Origin: Ostreococcus lucimarinus
Lineage: Eukaryota
DNA length: 64,000 nt
Reading direction: 5' to 3' (one strand)
Assembly: GCA_000092065.1 (NCBI GenBank)
Contig: CP000591.1
Shown here one piece after another: positions 27,065 to 37,770 of this stretch. Position 1 is the stretch's first letter. Each line of letters begins with the position of its first letter. Position numbers and translations under genes: made by a program. The notes under the pieces are model-generated. The model was given only the letters and a program-made list of their open reading frames with translations, searched no databases and was not told the DNA's origin.

Positions 27065-28801
27065 GTTTGTACGAACAAGTTGACGCATGGACGAGCACGT
27101 TTTGGTCTCATCTCGAAGTCGCTCGAGGAAACTCACACAAGTTGCGCGAGGGTGAGACAATTGTGGAAGACGCTAATGCCGCCACTGAAGCTCCAAAAGG
27201 CGATTCGAAGCCACCGCAAGCGGCTGCGCCGGCGAAGAAAGTCGAAGGCGTGCCACCACTACCAATCTGCCGATCTGAAGTGCAGTGGCTGCCGAAAACG
27301 ACAGAAGTGGTTGCTAATCGCGTCGCGCCCGGTCCAGATTCCGAAGGTGCATACACCGTCTCCTCGCCGTACATGGCGACTATTCACAAGCGTGAGGTAC
27401 TCACAAACTTGAAATCCGATCGGCGAGTGTTGCACATGGAGTTTGATCTCGGATCAAGTGGGATCTCTTACAAGCCGGGAGATTCCATTGGCATCGTACC
27501 GCAGAACGACGCCGAGCTGGTTCGAGCCATCGTCGATCGGCTGGGTCTCGATCAAGCCGCCATTTTCACGCTGAATTGGAAGAAAGGTGACACGAATGAA
27601 CACGCGACTCATCCGTTGCCGCATATTCACACCCCGTGCACGGTAAAGAGTGTGTTCACGAATTATATCGACATCACGGGATGTCCGCGTAAGTCGCTCC
27701 TTCGCGTTCTCGCCGAACACTGCGGCAACGCGGAGGAAAAAGACGCCCTCTTGCACCTTTCATCGCGTGGTGGTCGAGCAGAATACGAAACACAGATTCG
27801 CGCGCAGTCACCGACGCTATTGACGCTCTTGAACAATTATCCGAGTTGTTGTCCTCCGTTAGCCGAGCTTTTAGATGCCCTCTCTCCGCTCGCGCCGAGA
27901 CTGTATTCGATCACATGCGCGCCCGAGGTGGCACCAACAACGCCGTCGGTTGCCTTCAGTGTCGTGCGGTTCCAGGTACCCAGCGGTGAACATCGCCTCG
28001 GCGTCGCCACGAACTGGCTCGACGAGATATCGGTCGACGACAAGTGCGAGCACAAAGTCCCGGTGTACATCAAGCCAAGCTTGAAGTTCGGCCTGCCCGA
28101 AGACTCGAGCGCGCCGCTAGTGATGATTGGTCCGGGTACCGGCGTCGCACCATGCCGCGGTTTCCTCCAGTCCAGACGCGCTAAAGCACAAAAAGGCGGT
28201 CGATTATCTGAAGCTATGTTGTTCTTCGGCTGTCGCAAGGCAGATGAGGACTTCCTGTACGAAGCCGACTGGAAGAGTTTCACCGCCGATGGCTCGCTGA
28301 CAAAGCTCGTCTGCGCCTTTAGCCGCGAGACCGCAGAAAAGGTATACGTGCAGCACAAAATTGAAGAGCACGCCACCGAAGTCGCGCGCTTAATCTCTGA
28401 GGGCGCTTACGTCATGGTATGCGGCGACGGCGCGCACATGGCCAAGGATGTCCACGCCGCCCTCGTCCGCGTCGTCGCTCAAGCCGGCGTCTGCGGCGTC
28501 TCTGACGTCAAAGCCGCCGAGGCTCTCCTCGCCGACTTCACTAAATCCGGTCGTTACGTCCGTGATATTTGGAGCTAACGCACGCGCGTTCGTATTGTTT
28601 AGATTTTAATTTCTCATTTCATTTCATTTCATTCCACTCCACTCTCGTTCCGTTTCACCAAACTCCTGCGGGCGAGTTGGGTGTTACGCGTACACGCGCG
28701 CCCCTCAGACCCGCGCGCGCTTCGCCGCGGGCTAAAATGCGCCGTCGTGATCGAGGAAACGACCCTCCGATGGTGTCGTCGACGTTCGTCGTCGTCCTCG
28801 T
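27065..28801. repeat. Segmental duplication, copy B (1737 bp)
   Basis: See copy A. This copy is contiguous with the full-length beta-glucosidase gene. Confidence 0.9.
27067..28578 (+). pseudogene. 5'-truncated duplicate of the diflavin reductase (FAD/NADPH domains only, no flavodoxin domains or promoter)
   Basis: 503-aa ORF identical to the reductase C-terminus except F>C in GVAPCRGF. The track start is an alternative codon, and the fragment lacks the N-terminal 530 aa. Confidence 0.6.
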
Positions 28802-30515
28802 CGGCGTCGTCGCCCGCGCGAGCGCGCAGACCCACGCGCACCAACACCATCGAGGCGAAACGAGCCACGGCGACGGAAACTTTGTCACCTTCCCACCGTC
28901 GTTCGCGTTCGGCGTCGGAACGTCGGCGTGGCAGATCGAAGGAAACGGTGGTGATCGCCCGCGATCGGTGTGGGACGCGTTCGTGAGCGAACTAGGAGAG
29001 GAGAAGAGAGTGGAGGCGGAGCGCGGGATCGGCTTTCACGAGCGATACGCGGCGGATGCGCAAATGATGGCGGATGCGGGAGTGAAACATTTCAAAATGT
29101 CCCTGAGCTGGCCGAGGTTGATGCGCGCCGACGGGAGCGCGATCGATGAAGGGTTCGAGTATTATCAGAACGTTTTCGGGGCGCTACGCGAGCGAGGCGT
29201 GGAACCGCACGTGACGCTGTTTCACTGGGACACGCCGATGTGGTGCTGCGCCAACGAAACGATCGCGAGCGGGCGTGGGAGCGTGTGCGAAGGAGCTTGG
29301 GTGAAGGATGAAATCTTGAAAGATTTTGAGAAGTACGCGGATGCGGTGTTTAGTAGACTCGGGAAGGGGATAAAATATTGGACCACAATTAGTGAGCCAA
29401 AAACCGTCGCAGAGATGGGCTACGGTGCGGGCCTTCACGCGCCTGGGCGTCGGAGCGTGGAAGAACAACTTAAAGTGGGGCATAATATGTTGCGTGCACA
29501 CGCTTTGGCGGTGGCGCTCTATAGGGAGAAATATTCCCAGTTTGGAGGGAAACTTTCAATCAATTTGAATAGCGCTTGGGTCGAGCCGGCGTCGGATTCG
29601 CCGGACGACGTGCGTGCGGCGGCAAACGCGATGGATGAAGAGCTTGGATGGTTTGCCGATCCTATTTATAAAGGTGACTATCCGGCGAGCATGCGGGCGA
29701 GATTGGGGAGCTTTCTTCCGGAGTTCACCGAGGAGGAGCGCGTGCTCGTGAAAGGGAGCGTCGATTACTTTGCGCTCAATCACTACACGTCCTACTTCGC
29801 CAAGCATGTGACCGACGCGCAAGCTTCGTCGCAGCTTGGTTTGAGCGGCAGACCTCAGCCGTGGGAGATCACACTAGAGTCAGAAAAGAGCAAGAAACCA
29901 ATCGGCAAGGAGGCGCAAAGCGACTGGTTGCACATCGTGCCGTGGGGATTAGAAAAGGTTTTGCTGCACATCAAGGACAGATACGACGATCCAGCGATCA
30001 TGATCTCGGAGAATGGCGTCGATATCGCCGAGAGGGGCGATATCGCGGAAACTCTGGACGACACAACGAGAGTCAAGTTTATCGATGCCTATCTCGGAGC
30101 CGCTCGCGAGGCGATGCGTAAAGGCGCAAACGTTGTGGGGTACTTTTATTGGTCGATGTTCGACAACGTCGAGTGGGTGGATGGGCGATCGAAACGATTT
30201 GGTTTGGTTTATGTCGATTACGACGGCAAGTACGGCGAAAAGATGAAGCGCTATCCAAAGAAATCTCTCGAGCACTTCTCCTCCTACATGCGAGGAGAGC
30301 ACGCCGAAGAACCAACCCTCGGTGCCGCGCGCGTGCGACACTCGCTCGAAGACTCTTTCGTTCAAGTCGATCCGAGGCGTCAGGGCGAAATCTTCGCATT
30401 GCAAGGCATGGCGTTGACCATCGCCTGCGTCTACGCCGCGGCAGCGGCGTTCGCCGGCGGCGTCAAAATCGTCGAGCAAGACGTCGAGCAAGACGAACGC
30501 TCGTCCCTCGTCTGA
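28737..30515 (+). CDS. Glycoside hydrolase family 1 beta-glucosidase, secreted or membrane-anchored
   Basis: Signal peptide MRRRDRGNDPPMVSSTFVVVLVGVVARASA. GH1 motifs FPPSFAFGVGTSAWQIEG and TISEP (acid/base region), with the nucleophile in MISENGVD. Hydrophobic C-terminal segment ALQGMALTIACVYAAAAAFAGG. Confidence 0.8.
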   Translation: MRRRDRGNDPPMVSSTFVVVLVGVVARASAQTHAHQHHRGETSHGDGNFVTFPPSFAFGVGTSAWQIEGNGGDRPRSVWDAFVSELGEEKRVEAERGIGFHERYAADAQMMADAGVKHFKMSLSWPRLMRADGSAIDEGFEYYQNVFGALRERGVEPHVTLFHWDTPMWCCANETIASGRGSVCEGAWVKDEILKDFEKYADAVFSRLGKGIKYWTTISEPKTVAEMGYGAGLHAPGRRSVEEQLKVGHNMLRAHALAVALYREKYSQFGGKLSINLNSAWVEPASDSPDDVRAAANAMDEELGWFADPIYKGDYPASMRARLGSFLPEFTEEERVLVKGSVDYFALNHYTSYFAKHVTDAQASSQLGLSGRPQPWEITLESEKSKKPIGKEAQSDWLHIVPWGLEKVLLHIKDRYDDPAIMISENGVDIAERGDIAETLDDTTRVKFIDAYLGAAREAMRKGANVVGYFYWSMFDNVEWVDGRSKRFGLVYVDYDGKYGEKMKRYPKKSLEHFSSYMRGEHAEEPTLGAARVRHSLEDSFVQVDPRRQGEIFALQGMALTIACVYAAAAAFAGGVKIVEQDVEQDERSSLV

Positions 30516-31445
30516 CGCCATCGCCCACGATCGACACATAGCAAACAAATTCGCTTAAACGAGTAAACAGTTGAGACTTAGCGCGCGTTGAAACAATCAC
30601 ATGCACGGTATTGAACCATGGCGTGTACACGAGTCTCCGAAGACTCGCGTGCTTCGGGCGCTCCGCGCCATCGCGTCCACGTCGACGCGATGTGACCTTC
30701 GCCACGATCTCGCCCTCCTCGAGCGAGGTTTCGCGAACGCGCTTGCTCGCGACGAGCTCCGGCGCCGCGCAAAGCTTCGCGAGACGACTCGCAGCCGCGC
30801 GCGCACATATCGCTCGGTCGCCCGCGTCTTGACCGGGCGCGAGCGCGATTTGCGCGAGCCGCGCGAAATTTCGGTCCCCCGCGACGCGCGCGTTCTCCGC
30901 CACGCGTCGGTGGCGTCGCAGAAACTTTTTCACGTGCGTCTTCTTCGTCATGCCTCCATGTGACGTTTCGTCTCGGCGTCTCGACCTTGTGACGCGGCCT
31001 CGGACGCGCGCGAGGGCACCTCGGCACTCTGCGACGCGCGCGCGACTCGGCGCGGTCGTCGCGGACGCGTCGCGAAAGAAGAAAAAAAGTCGAGCATCGA
31101 ACCGCGCGTCGTTCGAGCGCCGCGCCGCGGCGCGCGCGACGCGCGGACGCGCGAGATGGGGCGCGTTGAAGCGGCGTTTCTCGGCGCCGGATCCCGCCTC
31201 GGGCGGCGCCTCGGGCGTCGCGCGCGCGACTAGCAAGACACGAAAACGAAGGAAAGAAAGCGCGTACGAATTCTTTTGAATCGATGTGCGCGGCGATGGA
31301 CGCGCGCGCGCGCGTTCGCGCGCCGACTCGCGCGATCGTCGTCTCCGAGACGGGCCGCGCAGACTGACCCTCGCGCAGAGGCCGACGCCAGAAGACACGC
31401 GAAACAAGGCGGCGATAGCGTCCAAACTATCGCTCGCCTGCGGCA

Positions 31446-31478
31446 GGTTAACCCAGGGTTGACCCAAGGTTGACCCAG
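31446..31478. repeat. Three tandem copies of ggtt(a/g)accca, ~130 bp upstream of the DUF829 gene ATG
   Basis: ggttaacccagggttgacccaaggttgaccca, read directly from the sequence. Confidence 0.7.
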
Positions 31479-31607
31479 CCGCAGTACTACACCCTCGCGG
31501 CGCGAGGACGCGAAGGAGGGACAGCTCGCTCGCGCGATCTCGTCGAACGACCTAGAGCCCTCGAAAGTAGCGATTGTAGTACGTCGCGTCACTCGCAGCC
31601 TCGCGCG

Positions 31608-32543
31608 ATGCTTCGAGTCGCCGCCGCGCGCGCGGTCGCGCGCACCCTCGCCCCCGCGAGCGTCCGCGCCGCCCGCCCGCGCGCGCGCGACGCGCGCCGG
31701 GCGCCGTCTCGTCGCGCGGCCGCCTCGTTCGCCGCGAACGACGACGTGCGCGCGATAAAACTCGCGCCGTACTGCGAACTCCTCACGCGGTCGAACGACG
31801 CCGAACGACCGCTCGCGATATGCGTCGGATGGTTTGGAGCGTCGTTGAAACACGTGAAGAAGTATGCGGCGATGTACGTCGACGCGAATTGCGACGCGGT
31901 GGCGATCGCGCCGCCGAGCGCGGCGATGCTCGTGCCGGCGGCGGTCGATGCGTACGCCGACGTAATCCTGCGAGCGCTCGCGCGGCACGTTCGCGGAAAG
32001 TGCGTCGTGCACGTGGCGTCGAACGGAGGGTTCATTTTCGCTGGAAATTTAATGCTCAAGGCGGCGAACGGCGACGCGACGGCGCGCACGATTTTTGAGC
32101 GGACGAAGGGCGTCGTGTTCGATTGCGCCCCTGGAAATTTGCGGCCCGATATCGTGGCGCGGGCGTTCGCGGCTGTCGTTGGAGGCGCGAGCGCGACGAG
32201 TGAGCCATCGCCGTATTTCGAGGTGTTTGCGTCGTGGTTGTTAGGGAGAAGGGTTCTCAGCGAACGTTTGCTGAGGATCGATGAGTTGTGGGGCAAGGCG
32301 GGAGCGCCAGAGTCAATCTTGTTGCGTTGCCCGTCGATGTTCATGTACAGCGAAGCCGACGTACTGATTTCCCCACGCGAGATCGAGGCTTTCGCGACGC
32401 TCAGACAAGACCAAACCGGTCACAGGAGCACTCTTCACAAGTACGACGACGCTGGGCACTGCGAAATTGGCCGCGACGACTACGAAGATTACAAGAGCAA
32501 GGTGACCGATTTCTTAGAGCGCGTCGTGCATTCGGCGGCGTAG
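31608..32543 (+). CDS. TMEM53/DUF829 family alpha/beta-hydrolase-fold protein with an organellar presequence
   Basis: PLAICVGWFGASLKHVKKYAAMY matches the DUF829 N-terminal motif. The presequence is Arg/Ala-rich (MLRVAAARAVARTLAPASVRAARPRARDARR). Confidence 0.55.
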   Translation: MLRVAAARAVARTLAPASVRAARPRARDARRAPSRRAAASFAANDDVRAIKLAPYCELLTRSNDAERPLAICVGWFGASLKHVKKYAAMYVDANCDAVAIAPPSAAMLVPAAVDAYADVILRALARHVRGKCVVHVASNGGFIFAGNLMLKAANGDATARTIFERTKGVVFDCAPGNLRPDIVARAFAAVVGGASATSEPSPYFEVFASWLLGRRVLSERLLRIDELWGKAGAPESILLRCPSMFMYSEADVLISPREIEAFATLRQDQTGHRSTLHKYDDAGHCEIGRDDYEDYKSKVTDFLERVVHSAA

Positions 32544-32585
32544 CATTTGTTGTATTATTTTCTAGATTTCTAGTCATCGCGGCGT

Positions 32586-35555
32586 CTAAGTTGATGTTGT
32601 TTGCGAGCGCACGCGCACGAGGTCTTTGATTTCTTTCACGAATGATGCGTTTGCGAGTAATTCTTCACACGCAACATGGATTCTGAACCGCCAGTAATGT
32701 TTGGGATTCGTTGGGTCGTTGATTGTTTCTTCCAGCGCTGGTCGCTTGGCGTATCGTTCGTCGAGCGCAAGAACGTCTTGAATCGGGAAAATAGCCAGCA
32801 CGCTCGGACTTTCGATGTGCTGGGTGAGAATTCGGCGCATCACACTCGGCGTGCACGCGTCGTCATTTCCGCACTGAAACATCTCGTCGTATCGCGCACG
32901 GCGTTCGGCGTCTTCTTCCCACCACGCTCGCGTGGTCATGGTGTCGTGACAAGAAGGCGAGCAAACCGTTAAGTATGAATACGTGTGCGGGCGACCGAAT
33001 TCTGAACTTTCGCCCACGGGAGGCATGCGCTGAATGCGTAAACCTAGAATACCAAGTTCATCCATCACAGGCGGCACGCACATCGGTGTGAAGCCGAGGT
33101 CTTCTCCACACACGAGCATTTCCGTCGATTTCAACAGCGCGGGTAACACTTTTCGTGCTTGCTTACGCCATGTGTTCGTTTGACGGCCGAAATAGTAATC
33201 GTTCGACAAATCTCTGAGCGCGTCTCGCATCCAGCCTTCGAGCGCTTGGAAAGACGTCGTCTCTTCGAGCCCGAACCGAGGATAGAAATGGTCGATATTC
33301 TCCACGTCTGTCAAGAGGCATCGGTTTTGAAACAGTTGCATCAATCCAGCGCGAACCAAGAGTTGTTCGTCGTTGAGATGCATCGGGAAATCTCCGCGAG
33401 GTTTCGTTGCGGCAAAAATAGCCTGTTCAGTGTCAAACTCACGTCTGAACTGCCATAATCCGCGCTGATCATCGACCTCGATCATGTATCGATACGCGAT
33501 TTCGTGCACGTTTTCTCCGAAAAGCACCTCTAACTCGTGCCATTGGATATAAGGCTGCGTCAGACGATTGAGATCCCACAACCCACGCGCCGCGAGCTCG
33601 TCGCGCGTGAGCGGTAGCGACGGCCTGAACCGACCCATGCGCCCAGTTGTAGCGCTCGCGGGAAGTTCCCATATTCGGAAGAATCCTAAGATATGATCGA
33701 TACGAATCGCGCTGAAGTACTGCTCCAAGTGTTGCATGCGAGCTCGCCACCAGGCGTAGTCGTCCTCAGCCATAGTTTCCCAGTTGTACGTCGGGAATCC
33801 CCAGTTCTGTCCGTTTGCATCAAAAGCATCGGGCGGCGCGCCCGTGGAAGTATCCATGCGGAACAAACGTGGGTGCATCCACGTATCGACGCTGCGTTTG
33901 TCCACGCCGACCGGAAGATCGCCTTTCAAAATGACACCCTTTGACTTGGCGTATTGCGCCGTCGTAACCAGTTGGGTGTGCAAATTGTACTGGAGGTAAA
34001 AAAAGAATCGTGTCGACTCGTACAAATCGCCTCCCGGGCAATCAATCTTGTCCAAAATTTCTTTCGAGAACGTGGCGAACACACCCCAACGCCAATGTTC
34101 AGCCGTACCGAACAAATCTCGAAGTACGCAAAAGACGCCGTACGGTCGCAGCCACGATTCATTGGCTTTATAAAACGTTTGAAAATCATCAGACGCGAGA
34201 ACCTTTTCGCCGTCGGTATAATAGGCTCGACGCGCGAACGAAAGTTTCTCCTTTACCGTTGCCTCGTAGTCGATCTCTTTCAAGTCCAACGCCACGCGCG
34301 CGGCTTCGATTTCCTCCGCGAGTTCCGCCGTGACGCCGGATAGCTCTTGCACGCGCAGATACATGACGTGAAGCGCGTGCACGGAGAGCGACGAGTACGG
34401 ATAAGAGTCCCAAAAAGTGCCGTACACGCACGTGTCATTTACCGGCAACACCTGCACCACGGACATCCCAGTCGTCGACGCAAAGTCCACCATTTGACGC
34501 AAATCCACAAAGTCGCCGCACCCGACGCTCTGCGCCGTGCGCACGGAGAAGACGGGAAGCGCCATTCCCGAACCTTTCCAAACCCCGCCGTGGGTGAAGA
34601 CGCCATCGCGATGAATCAATCGTCTTTCTACCGCGTTTGCGACGTCCCCGTCGTCGCTCAGCGAACACTCTCGCGCGCCTCGAGCGTCCTCCACGACGTC
34701 GTCGCCGTCCCGAAGGGCGTACGAGTACTCAAACGGCAACTCGGACGCGTCTACTTGGAACTCGATCGTCCACACGTCCGTTCCCGCGCGTTTGCCGAGC
34801 GAGCGCTCACTTTTCAAAGCCGCGCACGACCCACGCACGACGACGCGCTGGGATTTCGTCGCACGAGGCGCCTTAATCTCCAACCGCACGTCTACTCCGG
34901 CGCGCCCGCGCTTCGCCGGCGTCGTCTCCCCATTCGTCTCGCACCGATCTCCCACGACTTCGTGCGCCAAATCCCCGCGTCCCACGTACTCCGGCGTCAC
35001 CACGCTCGCGAACGCCTTGCGTTCGAACACGTGCTCCGCCGTGGCGCGCGAATTCCACTCGTCCGCGCACTCCACGCCTCGCTCGCCGCGCGTCCCGCGC
35101 CCGTCCTCCAACTCCAACGTCCGCACCTCCCCGTCCCACGCGATCACGTGTTCGCGCTCGTCGATCACCGCGTACCTATACTCGATCGTCCTCCTCCCGT
35201 TCGCGCTTTTCCCGCTCCCGAGCCCTCCGTCCTCCGCGCGCGTCTCCGCTCGCCACTCGAGCTCGCGTTCGCCGCGTCCCGCCCGACACCGCATCCGCAG
35301 CCCTCTCGCCGGGTTCCATCGTCCCAGCGCCGCGTCCGCGCCGCACACCACGAGATTCTCCCCCCAATTCGTCCAGTACGACGTTCGAAACGCGATCGTC
35401 GTCCCATCGCGCGCGCGCGTCGCCGTCGCGCCCGACGCCGTTAATCCGTCCGCGTCCTCGTCGGCGTCTTCGCGCCGTCGTTCCGTCGTCACCGTCGCGA
35501 GCGTCGCGTCGAGCGCGCGCGCGAGCGATGCGACGTCGTTCGGCGCGTCTCTCAT
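32586..35555 (-). CDS. DPE2: 4-alpha-glucanotransferase, DPE2-type (GH77) with two N-terminal CBM20 starch-binding domains
   Basis: GH77 motifs RIDHILGFFRIWELP and LVCGEDLGFTPMCV. The tandem CBM20-like N-terminal domains (TIAFRTSYWTNWGENLVVCG...; VRLEIKAPRATKSQRVVVRGSCAAL...WTIEFQV) and an insertion in the catalytic domain fit DPE2. The start ATG was verified at 35553-35555. Confidence 0.85.
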   Translation of the reverse strand: MRDAPNDVASLARALDATLATVTTERRREDADEDADGLTASGATATRARDGTTIAFRTSYWTNWGENLVVCGADAALGRWNPARGLRMRCRAGRGERELEWRAETRAEDGGLGSGKSANGRRTIEYRYAVIDEREHVIAWDGEVRTLELEDGRGTRGERGVECADEWNSRATAEHVFERKAFASVVTPEYVGRGDLAHEVVGDRCETNGETTPAKRGRAGVDVRLEIKAPRATKSQRVVVRGSCAALKSERSLGKRAGTDVWTIEFQVDASELPFEYSYALRDGDDVVEDARGARECSLSDDGDVANAVERRLIHRDGVFTHGGVWKGSGMALPVFSVRTAQSVGCGDFVDLRQMVDFASTTGMSVVQVLPVNDTCVYGTFWDSYPYSSLSVHALHVMYLRVQELSGVTAELAEEIEAARVALDLKEIDYEATVKEKLSFARRAYYTDGEKVLASDDFQTFYKANESWLRPYGVFCVLRDLFGTAEHWRWGVFATFSKEILDKIDCPGGDLYESTRFFFYLQYNLHTQLVTTAQYAKSKGVILKGDLPVGVDKRSVDTWMHPRLFRMDTSTGAPPDAFDANGQNWGFPTYNWETMAEDDYAWWRARMQHLEQYFSAIRIDHILGFFRIWELPASATTGRMGRFRPSLPLTRDELAARGLWDLNRLTQPYIQWHELEVLFGENVHEIAYRYMIEVDDQRGLWQFRREFDTEQAIFAATKPRGDFPMHLNDEQLLVRAGLMQLFQNRCLLTDVENIDHFYPRFGLEETTSFQALEGWMRDALRDLSNDYYFGRQTNTWRKQARKVLPALLKSTEMLVCGEDLGFTPMCVPPVMDELGILGLRIQRMPPVGESSEFGRPHTYSYLTVCSPSCHDTMTTRAWWEEDAERRARYDEMFQCGNDDACTPSVMRRILTQHIESPSVLAIFPIQDVLALDERYAKRPALEETINDPTNPKHYWRFRIHVACEELLANASFVKEIKDLVRVRSQTTST

Positions 35556-35732
35556 CTCGCGCGCGCGCGCGATCGACGCCGCGGCGGCGAGTGACGGACG
35601 CGATTCGCGCGCGCGCGATTCGCGATCGGTCGCGCGCGGTCGGTCGTCGTATGTGCAAACAGTGAGGAGTTGGTGTTTCGGTGCCGCCGCGCCCGCGCGC
35701 GACGGCACACGTCGACGCCTCGCGCGCGAGCG

Positions 35733-37616
35733 ATGCGCGCGACGACGGCGACGTGCGCGCGCGCGATGCGGTGCGGACTGTCCAGAGCGCTCGACGCGCG
35801 AGGGCCGGGCGCGACGCGCGCGGCGGGCGCGACGCGACGACGCGCGACGACGACGCGGCGCGCCGCCGGCGGCGGGACGACGACGGACGACGACGACGAC
35901 GACGCGCGCGCGCGGGCGAGCGGGACGTCGGCGATCGAGATGGAGCGCATGGACCGCGAGGCGCGGACGTACGCCACGGCGTGGGCGAACGAACTGGCGA
36001 GCACGCTGTCGGAGGACGCGAGGGCGCTGGAGCGAAGGCTGTTCGGCGACGAAGGCGGCGCGAGCGAGCGCGGCGAGGACGAAGACGAAGACGCGAGCGA
36101 GGAAGAGACGGTCGGGACGAGCGGGAGGAAGGGGAAGGCGCGCGCGGACGCGAGAGTGCGAAGGAAGACGCGACGAGATTGGAGTAAAGTGCCGGACGAG
36201 GCGCTGCCAAGAGTCGCCGTCGTGGGACGGCCAAACGTGGGGAAGAGCGCGTTGTTTAATAGACTCACTGGAACGAAACGGGCGATCGTGTACGACGAGC
36301 CGGGGGTGACGCGAGATCGGATGTATGTGCGCGCGTATTGGGGCGAACACGAGTTCATGATGGTGGACACGGGCGGGTTGGAAAATTTACCGGCCAATCC
36401 CGAGGGTGGGCCGAAGACGGACACCGTCGGCGGCGTCGAAATCTTACCTGGGATGATCGAGGCGCAGGCCGCGGAGGCTGTGCGAGAAGCGTCTGTGCTC
36501 ATTTTTGTCGTCGACGGTCAAGTTGGGCTGACGGCGGCGGATATGGATATTTTCGCCTGGTTGCGTCGCACGCACTCGAAAATACCGCTCCATCTGGCGG
36601 TGAACAAGTGCGAGAGCACGACGAAGGGGGAGGACCAAATCCTCGAGTTTTGGTCTTTAGGCGACGTTACCCCACTCGCTGTTTCCGCCATCAGCGGCAC
36701 CGGGACCGGGGAGCTTTTGGATAACATGTGCGCGACTTTGCCGCCGCCTCCGCAAGTCTCCGAGGATGAAAACGCAGAGGAGGAAGATATTCCCGTCACA
36801 GTCGCCATCATCGGCCGACCGAACGTGGGGAAGAGTTCGTTGTTGAATGGTTTGGCCGGTGAAGCGCGATCGATCGTGAGCGACTTTTCTGGTACCACAC
36901 GAGACAGCATCGATACCTTGGTCGAGGACAAGTACACGGGGCGAAAGTTTACACTCATCGATACGGCGGGCATTCGGCGACGAACTCAAGTGAAATCCGG
37001 CACGGATGGAGCCGAAAAACTCAGCGTCGGTCGCGCTTTGCAAGCGATGAAGCGTGCAGACGTAGTGGTGCTAGTTATAGATGGTACTGAAGGACCGAGC
37101 CAACAGGATTTTGTACTCGCCGAGCGCGCCACGCAAGAGGGCTGCGCCATCGTGTTGTGCATCAACAAGTGGGATTTGGTGGACAAGGATACGCACACGA
37201 TGAACAAGTATACGGACGATATGCGATTAAAGTTGCGTGTGTTTGAATATGCCGAAATTGTGTACACGTCTGCGCTCACTGGACAGAGAATCCAAAAGAT
37301 TTTAGACGCCGCGCAGGTGGCGAGCGAGAATCACCGCAAACGTCTCACCACGGCGACGCTCAACTCTGTCGTACAAGAGGCGACTTTGTGGAAGCTCCCG
37401 CCGTCGAGAAACAGCAGAAAGGGTAAGATTTATTACATCACGCAAGCGTCGATACGTCCACCGACGTTCGTCTTTTTCGTGAACGACCCCAAGCTGTTTC
37501 CGGACACGTACCGTCGGTACATGGAGCGCCAACTGAGAGAGAACATCGGCTTCCCGGGAACTCCGATTCGCTTGCTGTGGAGAGGAAAGGGCGTCGAAAA
37601 AGGGCCGAGGAAATAA
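35733..37616 (+). CDS. EngA/Der double-GTPase (organellar ribosome assembly), with an N-terminal presequence and acidic linker
   Basis: GD1 has GRPNVGKSALFNRL, DTGG and NKCE. GD2 has GRPNVGKSSLLNGL, DTAG and NKWD. A KH-like C-terminus follows. The first ATG in frame is at 35733; the track start 35670 is TTG. Confidence 0.85.
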   Translation: MRATTATCARAMRCGLSRALDARGPGATRAAGATRRRATTTRRAAGGGTTTDDDDDDARARASGTSAIEMERMDREARTYATAWANELASTLSEDARALERRLFGDEGGASERGEDEDEDASEEETVGTSGRKGKARADARVRRKTRRDWSKVPDEALPRVAVVGRPNVGKSALFNRLTGTKRAIVYDEPGVTRDRMYVRAYWGEHEFMMVDTGGLENLPANPEGGPKTDTVGGVEILPGMIEAQAAEAVREASVLIFVVDGQVGLTAADMDIFAWLRRTHSKIPLHLAVNKCESTTKGEDQILEFWSLGDVTPLAVSAISGTGTGELLDNMCATLPPPPQVSEDENAEEEDIPVTVAIIGRPNVGKSSLLNGLAGEARSIVSDFSGTTRDSIDTLVEDKYTGRKFTLIDTAGIRRRTQVKSGTDGAEKLSVGRALQAMKRADVVVLVIDGTEGPSQQDFVLAERATQEGCAIVLCINKWDLVDKDTHTMNKYTDDMRLKLRVFEYAEIVYTSALTGQRIQKILDAAQVASENHRKRLTTATLNSVVQEATLWKLPPSRNSRKGKIYYITQASIRPPTFVFFVNDPKLFPDTYRRYMERQLRENIGFPGTPIRLLWRGKGVEKGPRK

Positions 37617-37770
37617 ATAGAAGCGATTGCGTAAATGTATTAAGATGAGAAGCTATGATAATTTTGAATAACCTGACGCGCGCGGCGGTGTTGAGCGCTT
37701 TGCGTTGTACAACAAGAATTGAATCGAAGTCGCCGTCTCGTCGCGCGACGACGCGACGAATCTTCCCTCC

